A stretch of DNA of 64,000 nucleotides, taken from Lepidodermella squamata (lineage: Eukaryota; Animalia; Gastrotricha). The notes below the pieces were generated by a model. It had not been told where the DNA came from. It made no database searches and saw nothing but the letters and a program-made list of their open reading frames with translations. The translations under genes and the position numbers were made by a program. Positions 24,901 to 36,851 of the stretch are shown here, one piece after another (positions within the stretch are counted from its first letter, which is position 1; every line of letters starts with the position of its first letter). The stretch is taken from the NCBI GenBank assembly GCA_047495785.1, contig JBLDXI010000054.1, forward strand, positions 3,782,001 through 3,846,000, written 5' to 3'.

Positions 24901-25591
24901 GGACGGCAATGTGAGAGTATTTAGCCAGGATCTGATCAGCAGAGGTGCGGCTGGTTACTGATAGTTTTTGGCTCTTACATTCCAGATTTTGTTCCTCGTC
25001 GGCCGCGGCACGCTGAAGCCGGACTGGGAGAAGGCGCGGCAGGACACGCCGAAGCAGTTCAAGCAGATCGGCATGCTGTGTTGCTCCTTCAAGCCTGACG
25101 ACCGGCCAAACTTCGATCAGGTACGTAAAATTATACTCATAGGCGATATATTTCCCACTTTTTTATTGAATTTTTGCGTCCGAAATTTTTTATTTATTCT
25201 TTTGGTTTTGAGGCTATAAATTTCTTGAAAAAATGTGCGGTGAGTTTGTCCAGAATGCTACCCGGTCCCATTTTTTTGGAAAATGCAAAATATTGTTGTA
25301 TAATGCTTTTGAATAAAATTGTTTAAATGTTGTTTTATTTTCTAGATTTGTGATCAGTTAAGGCGGATCGAGGCAGTTCTGCCAAGACTCGAACGCAGCT
25401 ACTCGGACGGTGCGCTCTCAAGCAACTCGTCGTCGGTGAGTGGCACCGGCGTCGACCAGAACAGTATTTTCGGTACGAGTGGCGCCGGAGGAGCGCAGAA
25501 CATCTTCCCAACGACGCCGAAAACGCCCGACGTTCAATTTTCCAAGTTCCAATTTCTGATGAGTCAGCAAGCGCCGGGCGGCATTCACTGA
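18926..25591 (+). CDS. raf: Raf serine/threonine kinase, B-Raf-like (about 9 exons)
   Basis: Phase-consistent exons 18926-19072, 19415-19513, 20187-21142, 21757-22117, 22180-22217, ~22425-22823, 23564-24730, ~24985-25120, ~25346-25591. BRS-like N-terminus, RBD (VRVHLPNTQ), C1 domain (HHF...[10 protein letters not shown]...C..C...H..C), kinase [45 protein letters not shown]; tail TPKTP. Confidence 0.95.
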
Positions 25592-26595
25592 TGCGCGCCC
25601 CACCTGCATCAGCCAACTGTGTGATTGCAACAATAATAACATTTTCTTATTTATGATGACTGAAAAAATGAACTTTGACGTTTCATCAACTTTTCTCTTG
25701 ATGCTTATCATATACTGATGATGATTTGTTATTAATTTATTTTGTAAAAGAAAAATTTCAAAGATATTATTATTATTGTTACTGTCGTGTGACTCATGAT
25801 TATACTGATCAATATTGCCAGCTGTTTCACGCTTGCTATGGAAATATAACTTATGGCCAGCCCGTTGTCTTGCGGTTCTGGTCTACCTGCGTATATATTG
25901 CACACGTGAAAAACAAACTGTGTTTCTTTCCGATTCGATGAATTTATATCGGTGCAGATTTGGTCTTGCAGAGCTTAGTTCTCTTTAACAAATTTCTTTC
26001 GACTTCTCATCGTTATTATTATTTGTGTCGTTTAGATGATGAACTAATTTTGCGATTGTTTTAGAGACCTGTTAGCGTTTCCTCACAATTCTATCACACT
26101 GTCGTCTGCGTGTAAGATGCCAGATGAAAAAAATAAAGAATAGTCTTTAACGTCCTGGTGACAATTTAACTTTCTATTGCGGTCTTTGTTTTATTTTCTT
26201 CGTTTACTATAGAAAATGAGAAGATTCGTGTGATTTGTAGCAGCTGTCTGTTTTCTCTTGAGGGTGATAGTTCGATTTTAAATTGTGTTCTATGATTGTT
26301 TTAATTTTAATACACACCAGCTTACACGCACCGTCTACCTAGATTGAATTTTTTTCGAAGAAAATGAAGTGAGAAATTATTACAGACACTCCTGTTTATC
26401 GTTCATGTGCTTGTTACGGTGATAATTCGGTCCTGGCGATTCTTCTTCATCTTCATCTCCGTTTTTATGTGTGTGTAAATAAACAGCAAAAAAACGTGCC
26501 TGATCGACGTTATTATTAAGGTTGAGAAAGACGACTTCAGGAGATGCATTTTCTTCAGTTTCAATGATAAGTTCTATGCTGAAATTATTTCGACT

Positions 26596-26621
26596 GTCGT
26601 CGTCGTCGTCGTCGTCGTCGT
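26596..26621. repeat. (GTC)n microsatellite in the putative raf 3' UTR
   Basis: About 8-9 perfect GTC units. Confidence 0.9.
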
Positions 26622-26942
26622 GTTTGTCGGTGAATAGTATTGTTGTTTCAATGGAAATCGACGCCTGAGTTCCAGCTGAATTATTATTACTAAATGTTGC
26701 TTATATAGATACATCATTATCTCAGGTCCTGTTGTATTGCGTTTGAAAGAATCATCTCGCTCTATCTCCGTATATCTCTCGCGTTTTAGCAGAAAATTTG
26801 CGCTACTTTCGTCTACTGATATAAATTATTATTATTATTGAACGGCCGAATTGCACGTCGGTTGATGAACAGAGACAGAAAAATAAAGTCGTTTTTAATC
26901 GTCAACTTTTGCTGATTTTTTGTTTGTAATTTTGTCTAGTCT

Positions 26943-27743
26943 ATGAAAAGTTGCCTATTTCGAGTGTTATTGCCCTCCCAACAACTTGCGCGTAAAAATA
27001 TTGTGTCAGCTGCCGGTCTAGCGGCGAGACTCCTGGTTGCTAGCAGACGCGAATTTTGTTCTAAGAAAACAATGCTGGAAGCTAATTTGGGTGACATGAG
27101 AAAGCCGTACCGGTCGTCGGAGGAGACGTTTGACATCAATAGCCTGGTGCCGTCTCGCAACCCGTTCGACCAGTTCGCCGAGTGGATGGATGAGGCGAAG
27201 GCGTGTAAGGGCATCTATGAACCGAACGCGATGGCCATTGCGACGGCTTCTGCCAGTGGCCAGCCGTCCGTGCGCATGGTTCTGCTGAAACACTACGACC
27301 CGAATGGCTTCGTTTTTTTCACGAGCTACAACAGCCAGAAGGGCAAGGATTTGGCTGAGAACCCGAAGGCGTCGATTTTGTTCTACTGGGACCCGTTGAA
27401 CCGCCAAGTTCGAGTCGAGGGTGTTGTCGATCAGTTGACGGAGGAAGCGGCTGATGCTTACTGGGCTAGGCGGCCGTATCAGAGCCAGATTTCAGCCGCG
27501 TCTGGGCTGGTTCAAAGCTCGGTGATTGAGAACAAGGAAGTTCTACGCCAAAAAATTAAGGAGGTTGCGGAGAAATACCCGGCGCCTGGGCCGGTGCCGC
27601 GGCCTGCTGAATGGGGCGGCTACCGTGTTGACGCTCGTGTTTTCGAGTTCTGGCAGGGTCAAACCAATCGCGATCACGATCGTTTGCGATTCACGCTTGA
27701 AGAAGATGGCGAAACCTGGAAGATTGAGCGATTAGCTCCCTAA
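26943..27743 (+). CDS. PNPO: Pyridoxine/pyridoxamine 5'-phosphate oxidase (intronless)
   Basis: EPNAMAIAT, PSVRMVLLK, GFVFFT, RQVRVEG, RPYQSQI, WGGY, FEFWQGQTNRDHDR, ERLAP. Confidence 0.97.
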   Translation: MKSCLFRVLLPSQQLARKNIVSAAGLAARLLVASRREFCSKKTMLEANLGDMRKPYRSSEETFDINSLVPSRNPFDQFAEWMDEAKACKGIYEPNAMAIATASASGQPSVRMVLLKHYDPNGFVFFTSYNSQKGKDLAENPKASILFYWDPLNRQVRVEGVVDQLTEEAADAYWARRPYQSQISAASGLVQSSVIENKEVLRQKIKEVAEKYPAPGPVPRPAEWGGYRVDARVFEFWQGQTNRDHDRLRFTLEEDGETWKIERLAP

Positions 27744-27863
27744 TAAAACTTATTATCTTTGACTAATTATTAAATGTTGAATCAAGTTGCATCATCCCGG
27801 TGATCATCATCGTAATTAAAATTATATGCTTTTGATTTTTTACCGATTTTTAGGTGTTGTTTT

Positions 27864-29583
27864 ATGAGCTCACCTGCGTGTGATTGCGTTGAACCCGCGT
27901 CGCTTCTCGCAATTCGAGATATTTTTGACAATGCACGTCGAAATGATGGTAGCATCGTCAAAATTTGTGCACCGATGGTCAGGTAGTGTATTTATTTACT
28001 CAAACTGTTTTTTTTTATATTTTATTCGTATGTGACTCAGATACTCTCAGCTGCCGTTTCGTTTGCTCTCTCGTAAATACGGCTGTGATATTGCTTTTTC
28101 GCCCATGATAGTCGCCAGTTCATTTGCGGCGTCTGAAAAAGCTCGTCTCATCGATTTTTCAACTTGCCCCGGTTAGTCATCTGCCATGTCGGGTTTTTTT
28201 TCTCGCACCACGTGTGAGTGCAGCGTGGTCGGCCACGTGGCGCGCACACCAATAAAAACGACCTCATTTTATTGCCATCTCAAATAATGATAATCTCTTT
28301 CTGTTTTTCATATCATCAATCGATTGCTGTTATTTCTTGAAGGTATGTAATTTTATAATATTATTTTTATTTTAAAATCACAGCGAGTCAATTTAATACC
28401 GCCTTTCATATGCGGTATCGAATGTTACAGCTGTGTTATAGTAACTAAGGGCATCTCGAGGCGTTGCGTTCTGCCGCGTCTCACCGCCTGTAAAACGGTT
28501 GTTATTCAAAAATCTGCATAGTCCTATCGCAGATCAGCTCCGTTTATGAGCTAGCCTGTTTTTATTAATTAACTACGCATTATCAACAACTGCTTACATT
28601 TTCGTGTTTTTCTTCCAGCCGATCGGCCGTTGGTTGTTCAATTTGGCGCGACAAATACCGATGATTTGGTCAATGCTGCTGGTCATGTTGCTCGTTTCAC
28701 TGACGGTGTCGATGTCAATTGCGGTTGCCCGCAAAAGTGGGCCATTAAAGAAGGCCTAGGCAGCGCTTTGCTTCAAAACCCGGAACTGGTCCGCGACATG
28801 GTGTTGCGGATGAAAAATGCCTATCCGTCAGGGCAACTTGGCCACGAAATGACTGTTTCGATTAAAATAAGAATTTTCAGCGATGAAAAGTTTGTTTAAA
28901 AAAATCCTCCTTAATTGTTAAAAAACGATTTTTTTCCTATTACAGGAAATCGGTTGATTTTGTGCAGCAAATGACCAGGACGGGGCTTGATTTCTTGACT
29001 ATCCACGGCCGGACTGTGAACGAAAGAAGCAGCGATGCCCCTCATTGGGATATTGTTAAAACTGTCAACGAATGCGCCTTACGACCAGCTGGTATTCCTC
29101 TAGTCGCAAATGGGGCGGTTCGAAGTTTGGCTGAAGCTCACGAAGTTGCCAAGTAATTATCGATGTCAATTTCCAATATTTTTTAATTAATTTGTGTTTT
29201 TCTATAGATCTACTGGTGCGTTGGGAGTGATGGCTGCTGAGAACTTGCTCCGCAATCCGGCGCTATTTGCGCCTGAAAATTACACGCATACGCCGCCGTG
29301 TTGTTTCGCCGATTTTTTGCAGTTCACGAAATGTGCCCACATTGAAGCTGACGGGGACAAGGGTCATGATCTGAAGTTCGAAGTCTATCGTAAGCATATT
29401 GCTGAGATGATTTCAGGCACCGGTGTTGGAAGACGCAATAAGCAGATGAAGGCTTATAATATTCTCAAGACAGGAGCGGAAGTGAATGAGTGGATTGAGA
29501 AAAATATAATAAATGCTGCTGAGAATGAATTGGAAGGTGGCAGCCTAATAGAACAGTCTGATAATTGTGATGATAGAGAATGA
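27864..29583 (+). CDS. DUS4L: tRNA-dihydrouridine(20a/20b) synthase-like (5 exons)
   Basis: ICAPMVR|YSQLPFR..RKYGCD..FSPMIVA, DRPLVVQFGA, GVDVNCGCPQKWA..EGLGSALL, VSIKIRI, LTIHGRT, VANG, GVMAA..LL.NPALF. Confidence 0.92.
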
Positions 29584-30428
29584 TTAGTTTCTTCTTAATT
29601 GCGAAGATTTTTACAAATTTTGTTAATAAATATGCGAATATTTTGTGTGAAGAAAATCGTCTTATTTTAACTGGCGTAATTTTGCATTCGGCCGGTGAGA
29701 ACAGGTTTAGAGGTTTCCCTCTGCACAATTTAATCGCATTAAACGCGGCATGGAAGTTGATATTTTGGGACCCCTTGACATCTTCGCAATTTTTGACCGA
29801 CCAAATTTGAAGAAACTTCGGCGTGTTACCTTCATTCCCTCTAAGCAGGGTTCAATCATGGCATATATCTGAGTTTGTGGTTTAAAATCGGGATATTTTT
29901 GGGATGAACAAATATGGGCATGAGAAGAGTTTGATTAGTCTTGAATGAAAACATACCTACATATTCCTAATTTTCTTCTGAATTTCAAGGGCGAAGCTGG
30001 AAAACTTTAAACTCAAGAGGAGTATTAAGCTACCCGATAATTGTGTTAGGCGAGCACGTTGCTAACAATCAGGCAAGATCAGAAAAATTCTCAAAATTTC
30101 TGGAAGGTCAGAAATAACCTTGTATGCCTTCGATTCAAATTTCAGAACATTTTGAGCCGATTTTTTAACTTCGAAAATCATGGTTTGTCCAAGTTACGTT
30201 ATTTGAAACTGCATTAGAATCGATAAATTTGAATCGCCTGCCATTCCCAATTAAAGCGGATTTGCTTTCAGATTCCTAATGAGCCCTTAGCCGGGTTGAA
30301 ATCGGACAAGACGATTACTCATGCCCTTGCAATAATGATGGTGGATTAAAAAGTGGCTACGCAGCCATTATTTTCCAGTTCGGGTTGTTGCATAACCGCG
30401 AACAATAGAACCATTACTCATAGCTGGT

Positions 30429-30435
30429 TATAAAA
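30429..30435 (+). promoter_or_regulatory. TATA box upstream of the SDR gene
   Basis: TATAAAA about 30 nt before a TCA-type initiator-like sequence and about 100 nt before ATG 30532. Confidence 0.5.
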
Positions 30436-30531
30436 ACCCCGGGTTTACTGGTTCGAATCATCAATCTCTCAGCTTTCAAGCATTCAAAGCTTTAAACTCA
30501 TTTACTTCTCTTCAATTCCTTATTCGTTATA

Positions 30532-31844
30532 ATGGAGGTAAGACATAGTTCTATGGCAAATCTCTTGTTTTTCTATACATGCCCATATTATCTAGACTTT
30601 GCAAAAGATCCTTCACCCCCAATCGCTCCTTCAAGGTGAGCGAGTCGTGGTCGTTACTGGCGCTGACAAGGGCATCGGCTACGCTGTCGCTAAGGGCATC
30701 CTCAAGTCGAACCCGAACTGGACCGTCTACCTGACTTCTCGCGATATCAACCGCGGCCTGGCGGCTGTGAAGCGCGTGCACGACGAAATTACTCTGACCG
30801 CCAAGTACCACCAGCTCGACATCGACGATTTGGACAGCATTCGCCGATTCCGCGACCACATCCGTGAGAACCACAAGAACGGCATCCACATCCTGGTTAA
30901 CAACGCCGGAATCTACCCTGATGTTCATTCTCACGAGTCGTCGTCCAAGTCGTCGTCTGGCCTGTCGTCGTCGACGAAGAGCAGCGAGTCGATGCGCCAA
31001 ACCGAGGGCCACGCCGAGCAGGAGGTGCGCGAAGCCGGTTCGGAGACTGGCAGCAGCCGTCGCGTCGATGAAGAACGCGGCGAGCGGCGTTCAGAGGAAC
31101 TGCGCAGCGAGGACGTGAAAGGCGAGCGTCGCAGCGAGAAAGAAGGCGACAAGAAGAAGGAAGAGGTCAAGTTCCGCTACGACCGCGAAGCCTTCAAGGC
31201 CATCATCAAGAACAACTACTTCAGCACGCTGCAGGTGTGCCAGGAGCTGTTCCCGCTGCTCGGCGACAACTCAAGCGTCATCTTTGTCGGCTCCCGCATG
31301 GCCAACTTGGCTTTCATGTCGACCAAGGAGGACAAGCAGATGCTGCTCCGTGGTTGCACCCGCGTCGACGACTGCTCCAAGGTAGGTTAAATGTCTCAGT
31401 TGTTTCAGTGATTTATTAATATTTTTGCAGCTTATGGAGCAACTGATGAACAGCGACCCGGACAAGCTGTACAACTCGGAAGACAAGAAAGACGACAAAG
31501 CGTGGCTTACCAAGTCGCCCGACACGGAGCTGATCCCGAACTACCAACTGGGTGCTATTTACCCGTGGGCGATGGCCAAGCTCGGCCTGGCTATCATCTG
31601 CCGCTTGTACCAGCTGCAATTCGATGCCGAGAAGGCGGGCCAGAACGTGCACGTTGTCACCTGCTGCCCAGGCCTTGTCAAGACCGACCTGAACCCGCTT
31701 GGCGTTCGCACCCCCGAGCAGGGCGCCGACACCATCATCTGGTGCGCTGAGCAGCCCAAGGATACGCCCATTCGCGGCGTTGTCTGCGGTGACCGCAAGA
31801 TGCTGGACCCGTTCGTTCTGCCCGAAGGCTCGACCATCTTCTGA
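30532..31844 (+). CDS. Carbonyl reductase (CBR1-like) SDR with atypical active site (3 exons)
   Basis: Exons 30532-30537 (ME), 30596-31381, 31431-31844. VVTGADKGIG, VYLTSRD..RG..AV, HQLDIDD..SI, LVNNAGI, NYF.T..VC..LFPLL, CCPGLVKTD, TPEQGADT. Confidence 0.9.
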
Positions 31845-32971
31845 AGTGAAGCCTCTCAGTCACTGGCCACTGAATCAGACTTTCTCACCTTTTTGATTAC
31901 TTGATGACGAATGCGCTCATCAAATTTTTCAATGCTATTATTACCTCTATCATAATTTGGTCACAGCGGTCGATTTATATCACTGCATTTGCCCTATGTA
32001 TGTGCAAGTTTCGGCAATGTTCGATTAATAAAATCGATCTTAGAAGATACATTATTTGACTTTTTACAAGATTGAATTGAGAATGTTGTCCGTTGTTTCA
32101 GCGTGTTTTTTATGGATGGATTCGGTGTTTAAAATTTCGGTTTTGGAGTGTAATTTCGGGGGGTGAAGACCGGTTTTCTTGCAATTTCGGCCAAATTTTT
32201 CCCTTTTTGGTGTTTAAAAATTTATCGTTAGGTTTAAAATTCAAACTGTTTAACTGTTTAAAAAACACTGGTAGTTTAGAATCTTTCTGAACCAATAATC
32301 CTTGGGGCTTGGGGCTTGAAAAACGCTTTAAACACTATAGAAATATTTAACTCAGCGATTTCCATTGGTTATTTACTTGTGGTAATCTTTCCACAGGGGA
32401 ACTGCCGAACTTTCTTTGTATTCCTTGATTGACTGAAGTTAGCTAATTTAAATAGGTACACCATCAAGCATAAGTACTTATCGAAATTGGAATTGAATGT
32501 CGGAATAACGGTAAAAAGCTTGATTTTCATGGCTTGGAAGCTTCGAACTAACCGGTCAATAATGAAATGAAATCAAGTTAGTGGAACCAATTTCAAAAGT
32601 TTGCACCACACGCTAACTTATAAACGGTGCTATTTTCGAATTATTTTTTTAGATCATGACTGCGTAATTTCAACGTCATTTATTTGTATTTTTTTGTAAA
32701 TAAATTATTTCGCCCAAAACTGCCTTTTTAGGAATTTCACATTTAAAGTGTGGAACGCTAAATGCAAGACCCGTCAAATATCTGACTCAATCTAAACAAC
32801 ATAGGCAAGACTGAATGAGCCTGCATTCTCCAAAGTCGACGGTCGAAATTCCAAAATGGAAACAAAGAAACCAACGAATTGTAAAAACAGCATGTAAAAG
32901 TTTATTCGGGTGAGCAAATCATCAACAAAGTAGGAAAAATGAAAGATCTCAGTCGAGCATTACAAAACATT

Positions 32972-34566
32972 TCAAGACTTGGACACGAGCAAAGCGCGAG
33001 GAAGCAGCCATGGGGGAAACGAGCGGTAATTCCGACAGTCAGCGTCGTAGCATCGCTGGTAAATTTCACCAGAAGTCAGCGAGACAGTAAAATAGACGCG
33101 ATTAGAACGATGAGGCCGGTTTATCCTCCCGCAAAATCTAATCAAGACAAAATTGAAATAATCTTCATAAAATGAAATCAATCAACCAACCTATATTGAC
33201 TCGATATATCGTACGTTATGCTGAGACTAGAAGGGAAAAACCGCCACGAACGAATCATCCGTTCTTGAGACAAATTTCGAGCGTTCGGCGCCAGAATTTC
33301 GGCAACCAGGAAGTTATCTACCTCTGGGTAAGGCGACGGCCCACAACCCGATGTGCAATTCGCCGATGATTGACTGGGCGAGTAAAAACCCGATCGTTGG
33401 GACCCGTAAACCGGGTTCACCCTGTAAACTGGGTGTATCGAAGCGGAATGGCGCAGCAAATCTGGCGACGGGCAAACCAGGCTGTCAAGGAATATCCGCT
33501 CCTCAGTAATGGTTTTCGAAGACTTCGCATAGCCAAATAATTTAAACAGCTTGAGAGGCAAACCACCCGCTCTTTTTGCGCTCCTCCAAAGCCGCCAGTT
33601 TCGATTTCTGTCGTATACCCCCTGGTCAATGAGGAAAGATCGGCAAGAGTTGGTTCCTTCAGAGTCGCTATTATTGCTGACAAACAAGCCAGAAAGGGCA
33701 GATTGATACGCTCTGGTTGAGCATTCTTGATTTAACGATTCCAAAGTACACGAACATTTCAGCTTTTCCATTTGTTCGACTTGAATCTCGCGCAATAAGC
33801 GGTCTTGAACGCTTTTGACAAATTCGCCCGCAATGCGATTAGATTCGAATATCAAATCTGGCCAAATAAAATGCAAACTGATTTTCTTCGGCTTGTCAGA
33901 AGCAGACTGGACGATGAGTCGAAGCTTATCTTTTGACAGCTCATCACAATTTTCCAGTTTGAATCGGCCCGACAAATGCTCCTCGACTAGGAGATGAAAA
34001 ACTAGCGATTGTACAATCTCAGCCAACTGTAGCTCGGAATGACTGAAATTCTGTGGAGGATTTTTGAGATCCAAGTCCATATATAAGCGACATGGGCGAT
34101 TCGGTAATATCACTTCGTAAAAATGACTCCGGGGTAGGGTGTTGGAATTTGTCAAAGAAACACATTTTTGCCATAGCTGCTCCGGCTGGGCGTTGAAGTA
34201 GCGTCTAGCACCCGTATCGGAAACTTCCACAGAAAATACGCTAAGGCTATCCGTCACAACTTCTATCGCATTTTGCTGGCGAGCGATGAGCGAGAAAGGC
34301 AGGCGAACATTTGAGCTAGGTACGGATTGACTTATCTTCAACTGCGAAAGAGAGTCCTCCAAGGCAGATATCGAAGCCAAGGATGCATTGGGTGAGTTAT
34401 TCAACTGTACTCCAAACCTTCAATAAACTTACTTCAAGAAAAATAGAAATGACACAATGAATACTCACGTTCTCTTGGTAGCAGTTTCAGAGATAACTGG
34501 TTTCGAAGAAATTGTTTGATTTTCATCGCTACACCTCAGCTTATTATCGCAAACCGTCGATGTCAT
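32972..34566 (-). CDS. PRIMPOL: DNA primase-polymerase PrimPol (3 exons)
   Basis: HFYEVI..RPCRLYMDLD (motif I), KISLH (II), IDQGVYDRNRNWRL..SAK (III), SPYPEVD, zinc finger C..INRPHRSN...YQRCYDADC. Confidence 0.93.
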
Positions 34567-34844
34567 ACAAGGAATTATAAAAATCTAAAATGTAGAGAAA
34601 TAGGTTAAAATATATCACCATTTCATTTTATAAACGAAACAAAACAATACCGCCAATCACCACATATAATATTTGAAGTGTGATGTTCCCAAGCAAATAC
34701 ATACTCTCTTGCAATAGATAAAGAATGCAATAACTTTCGACAACATTGCCACGATCATGAAAGTTTTTCACTTTTAATGGAATCATTTTATGCAGATCAA
34801 TTATCAATAAATTACTTTGGCCACTCTGATCATGGAAGACGGAT

Positions 34845-35909
34845 TCACAAACCCTTCAACTGAGACATCAAATCATCGAGAGAGGACTCTGCTGCCTTTT
34901 CAGCAACTCCCGATGATGCGGCACCAGCGGGCTCCGCGGGTTTGGGAGCATACGCAAAGCGAACACCGCCGGTTGCTTCAGGCGCAAGCGGTGCTGCCAC
35001 GTCATTCTCTGATGACATAACTTCAATTCCCCACTCGTTGGTTTCATGAGTAGGCTTCGCTTCTTCAACTACAGCAACAGTCTCTTTGGGCAAAGATGCC
35101 AGTTTAACTGCATATTCTGCTTGTTTTTTCTTGCAATTGTTGTCATCGCAGTTCGGGTTCGGTCGTACAGTCATTTTGGGGAAGAAGTCTTCCAAGGCAT
35201 TGTAACCGACGTAATGAGAGGCGACACCGAAACCCAGCAAGTATTTGAGCGCATTTTGTACCAACAGTCCAGCTATGACGGCATTGGTCGTGGGAAGACT
35301 AGCAGCGCATACTCCTTCTTTTTTGAGGGTACGTTCATCGACTTTGGTAGCCACAACCAGCGGCGGGCAGCAAGCAAAACACGCCGTTTCCCCAGGGATA
35401 ATTTGCTGAATGTGTCCGGATACTGCGTTCTCACTAACGCCCGATTCAAACCAAATTTGTCCCAAATCATTGCAAGCTCTGTTTAGCACCATACGCGCCT
35501 CGAAATTGTCAACACATGACAGCACCACGTTTACACGACTTTTGAGAACAGAATAAAGTTGGTCGTAGCCTTCGCTCAAGGTGACGTTACAATTCAATCC
35601 AGAGATATCAACATCAGGGTTAATGAATTGCAGCACGCTTTTCGCAGCGTCAACTTTAAGCATGCCGGAATGATGAGGTTGATAGAAAAGTCGATTCATA
35701 TTCGCAAGCTCGACTTTGTCGTAATCCACCAGAATCAACTTGCCAATGCCACATCTAGTCAGCATCTCAGCTGCGACACTGCCAACACCACCCACACCGA
35801 CAATCAATACGGAGAAGTCACGGATCCGCTCGTATCGGTCAACGATACCCATGCGCTTGAGAGCCATAAGACGGCTATAAGGATTGGAATCTTTCACTTC
35901 CGCAGACAT
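34845..35909 (-). CDS. UBA5: UFM1-activating enzyme (intronless)
   Basis: [71 protein letters not shown]. Confidence 0.97.
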   Translation of the reverse strand: MSAEVKDSNPYSRLMALKRMGIVDRYERIRDFSVLIVGVGGVGSVAAEMLTRCGIGKLILVDYDKVELANMNRLFYQPHHSGMLKVDAAKSVLQFINPDVDISGLNCNVTLSEGYDQLYSVLKSRVNVVLSCVDNFEARMVLNRACNDLGQIWFESGVSENAVSGHIQQIIPGETACFACCPPLVVATKVDERTLKKEGVCAASLPTTNAVIAGLLVQNALKYLLGFGVASHYVGYNALEDFFPKMTVRPNPNCDDNNCKKKQAEYAVKLASLPKETVAVVEEAKPTHETNEWGIEVMSSENDVAAPLAPEATGGVRFAYAPKPAEPAGAASSGVAEKAAESSLDDLMSQLKGL

Positions 35910-36851
35910 TTCGGCTACTTTTGGGCGAAAACTGCCAAACTGCTGAAGAACATCCTGGAAATAGTGCGTATTTAATAGTCGCTAGCAAAAAATGACACAA
36001 CAATTTGTACAAACCTGCGGAATTTTTGCAAACAGTTCTTCCAAGACATTTACGCGGCTGCGCAATTCCTGAAGTTCTTTCTCAGACATTGATGCGATTG
36101 AAAATATGAAACTAATCCAAGGACCAAAGACAACCAGCTCCAAAAAACAAAACCAACTGTTGTGCAGCTGAAGAAAACCAAGAGAAAAAGCCTTTAGGGG
36201 ACCATGTCACATGACAAGTACTACTAATAAATTTTTATTCAAAATTTACTAACAAAATATATTAATGGGTAATTTTTATTCATTATTCATACAAATGAAT
36301 GCAGTCTTAGGCAGCAGCTTTTTTATGACCTTGACTTTTCCACGGCAAAAATCGTGCGGGGTGATCGCGCGGTGACGGTGGACCTTCGGCCCAATGTCCG
36401 TGATTCGCATCACATTTGTGTGATTGTCTTCCGTCGTCGAACCATCCATCATTAAGTTTGCACTTATTCTTGAAGTATACTATACACCTGAGAGCGGCTA
36501 CATTTCAAAACAGTGAGGTTGAACGTGAAACGATCATTTCGATTTGCGATGCAACCTTTATCGCTCTTTATTGTGCAGTACTTCAGATCAGAGGCACGAG
36601 CAGTCAGCAAACATTGTTTGGAAATATTTTCATCATGGCGAAAAATGAGTTGCTAGGTTCATAGTGTGAAAACCTGCCAAGTACATGGGCCATGGCCAGC
36701 TTAAAATAGTATGGGTTACTGGACGTGCCGGACGTACCGGATTCTGCTAATTCGTCTATGCCAACTCGTCTCTAATATTCTATGTGCTCGTTGGTTCATC
36801 AGAAATGTCCTGATTTTGGAGTCGATTAGAGCTGCGAATCGAATCAAACTA

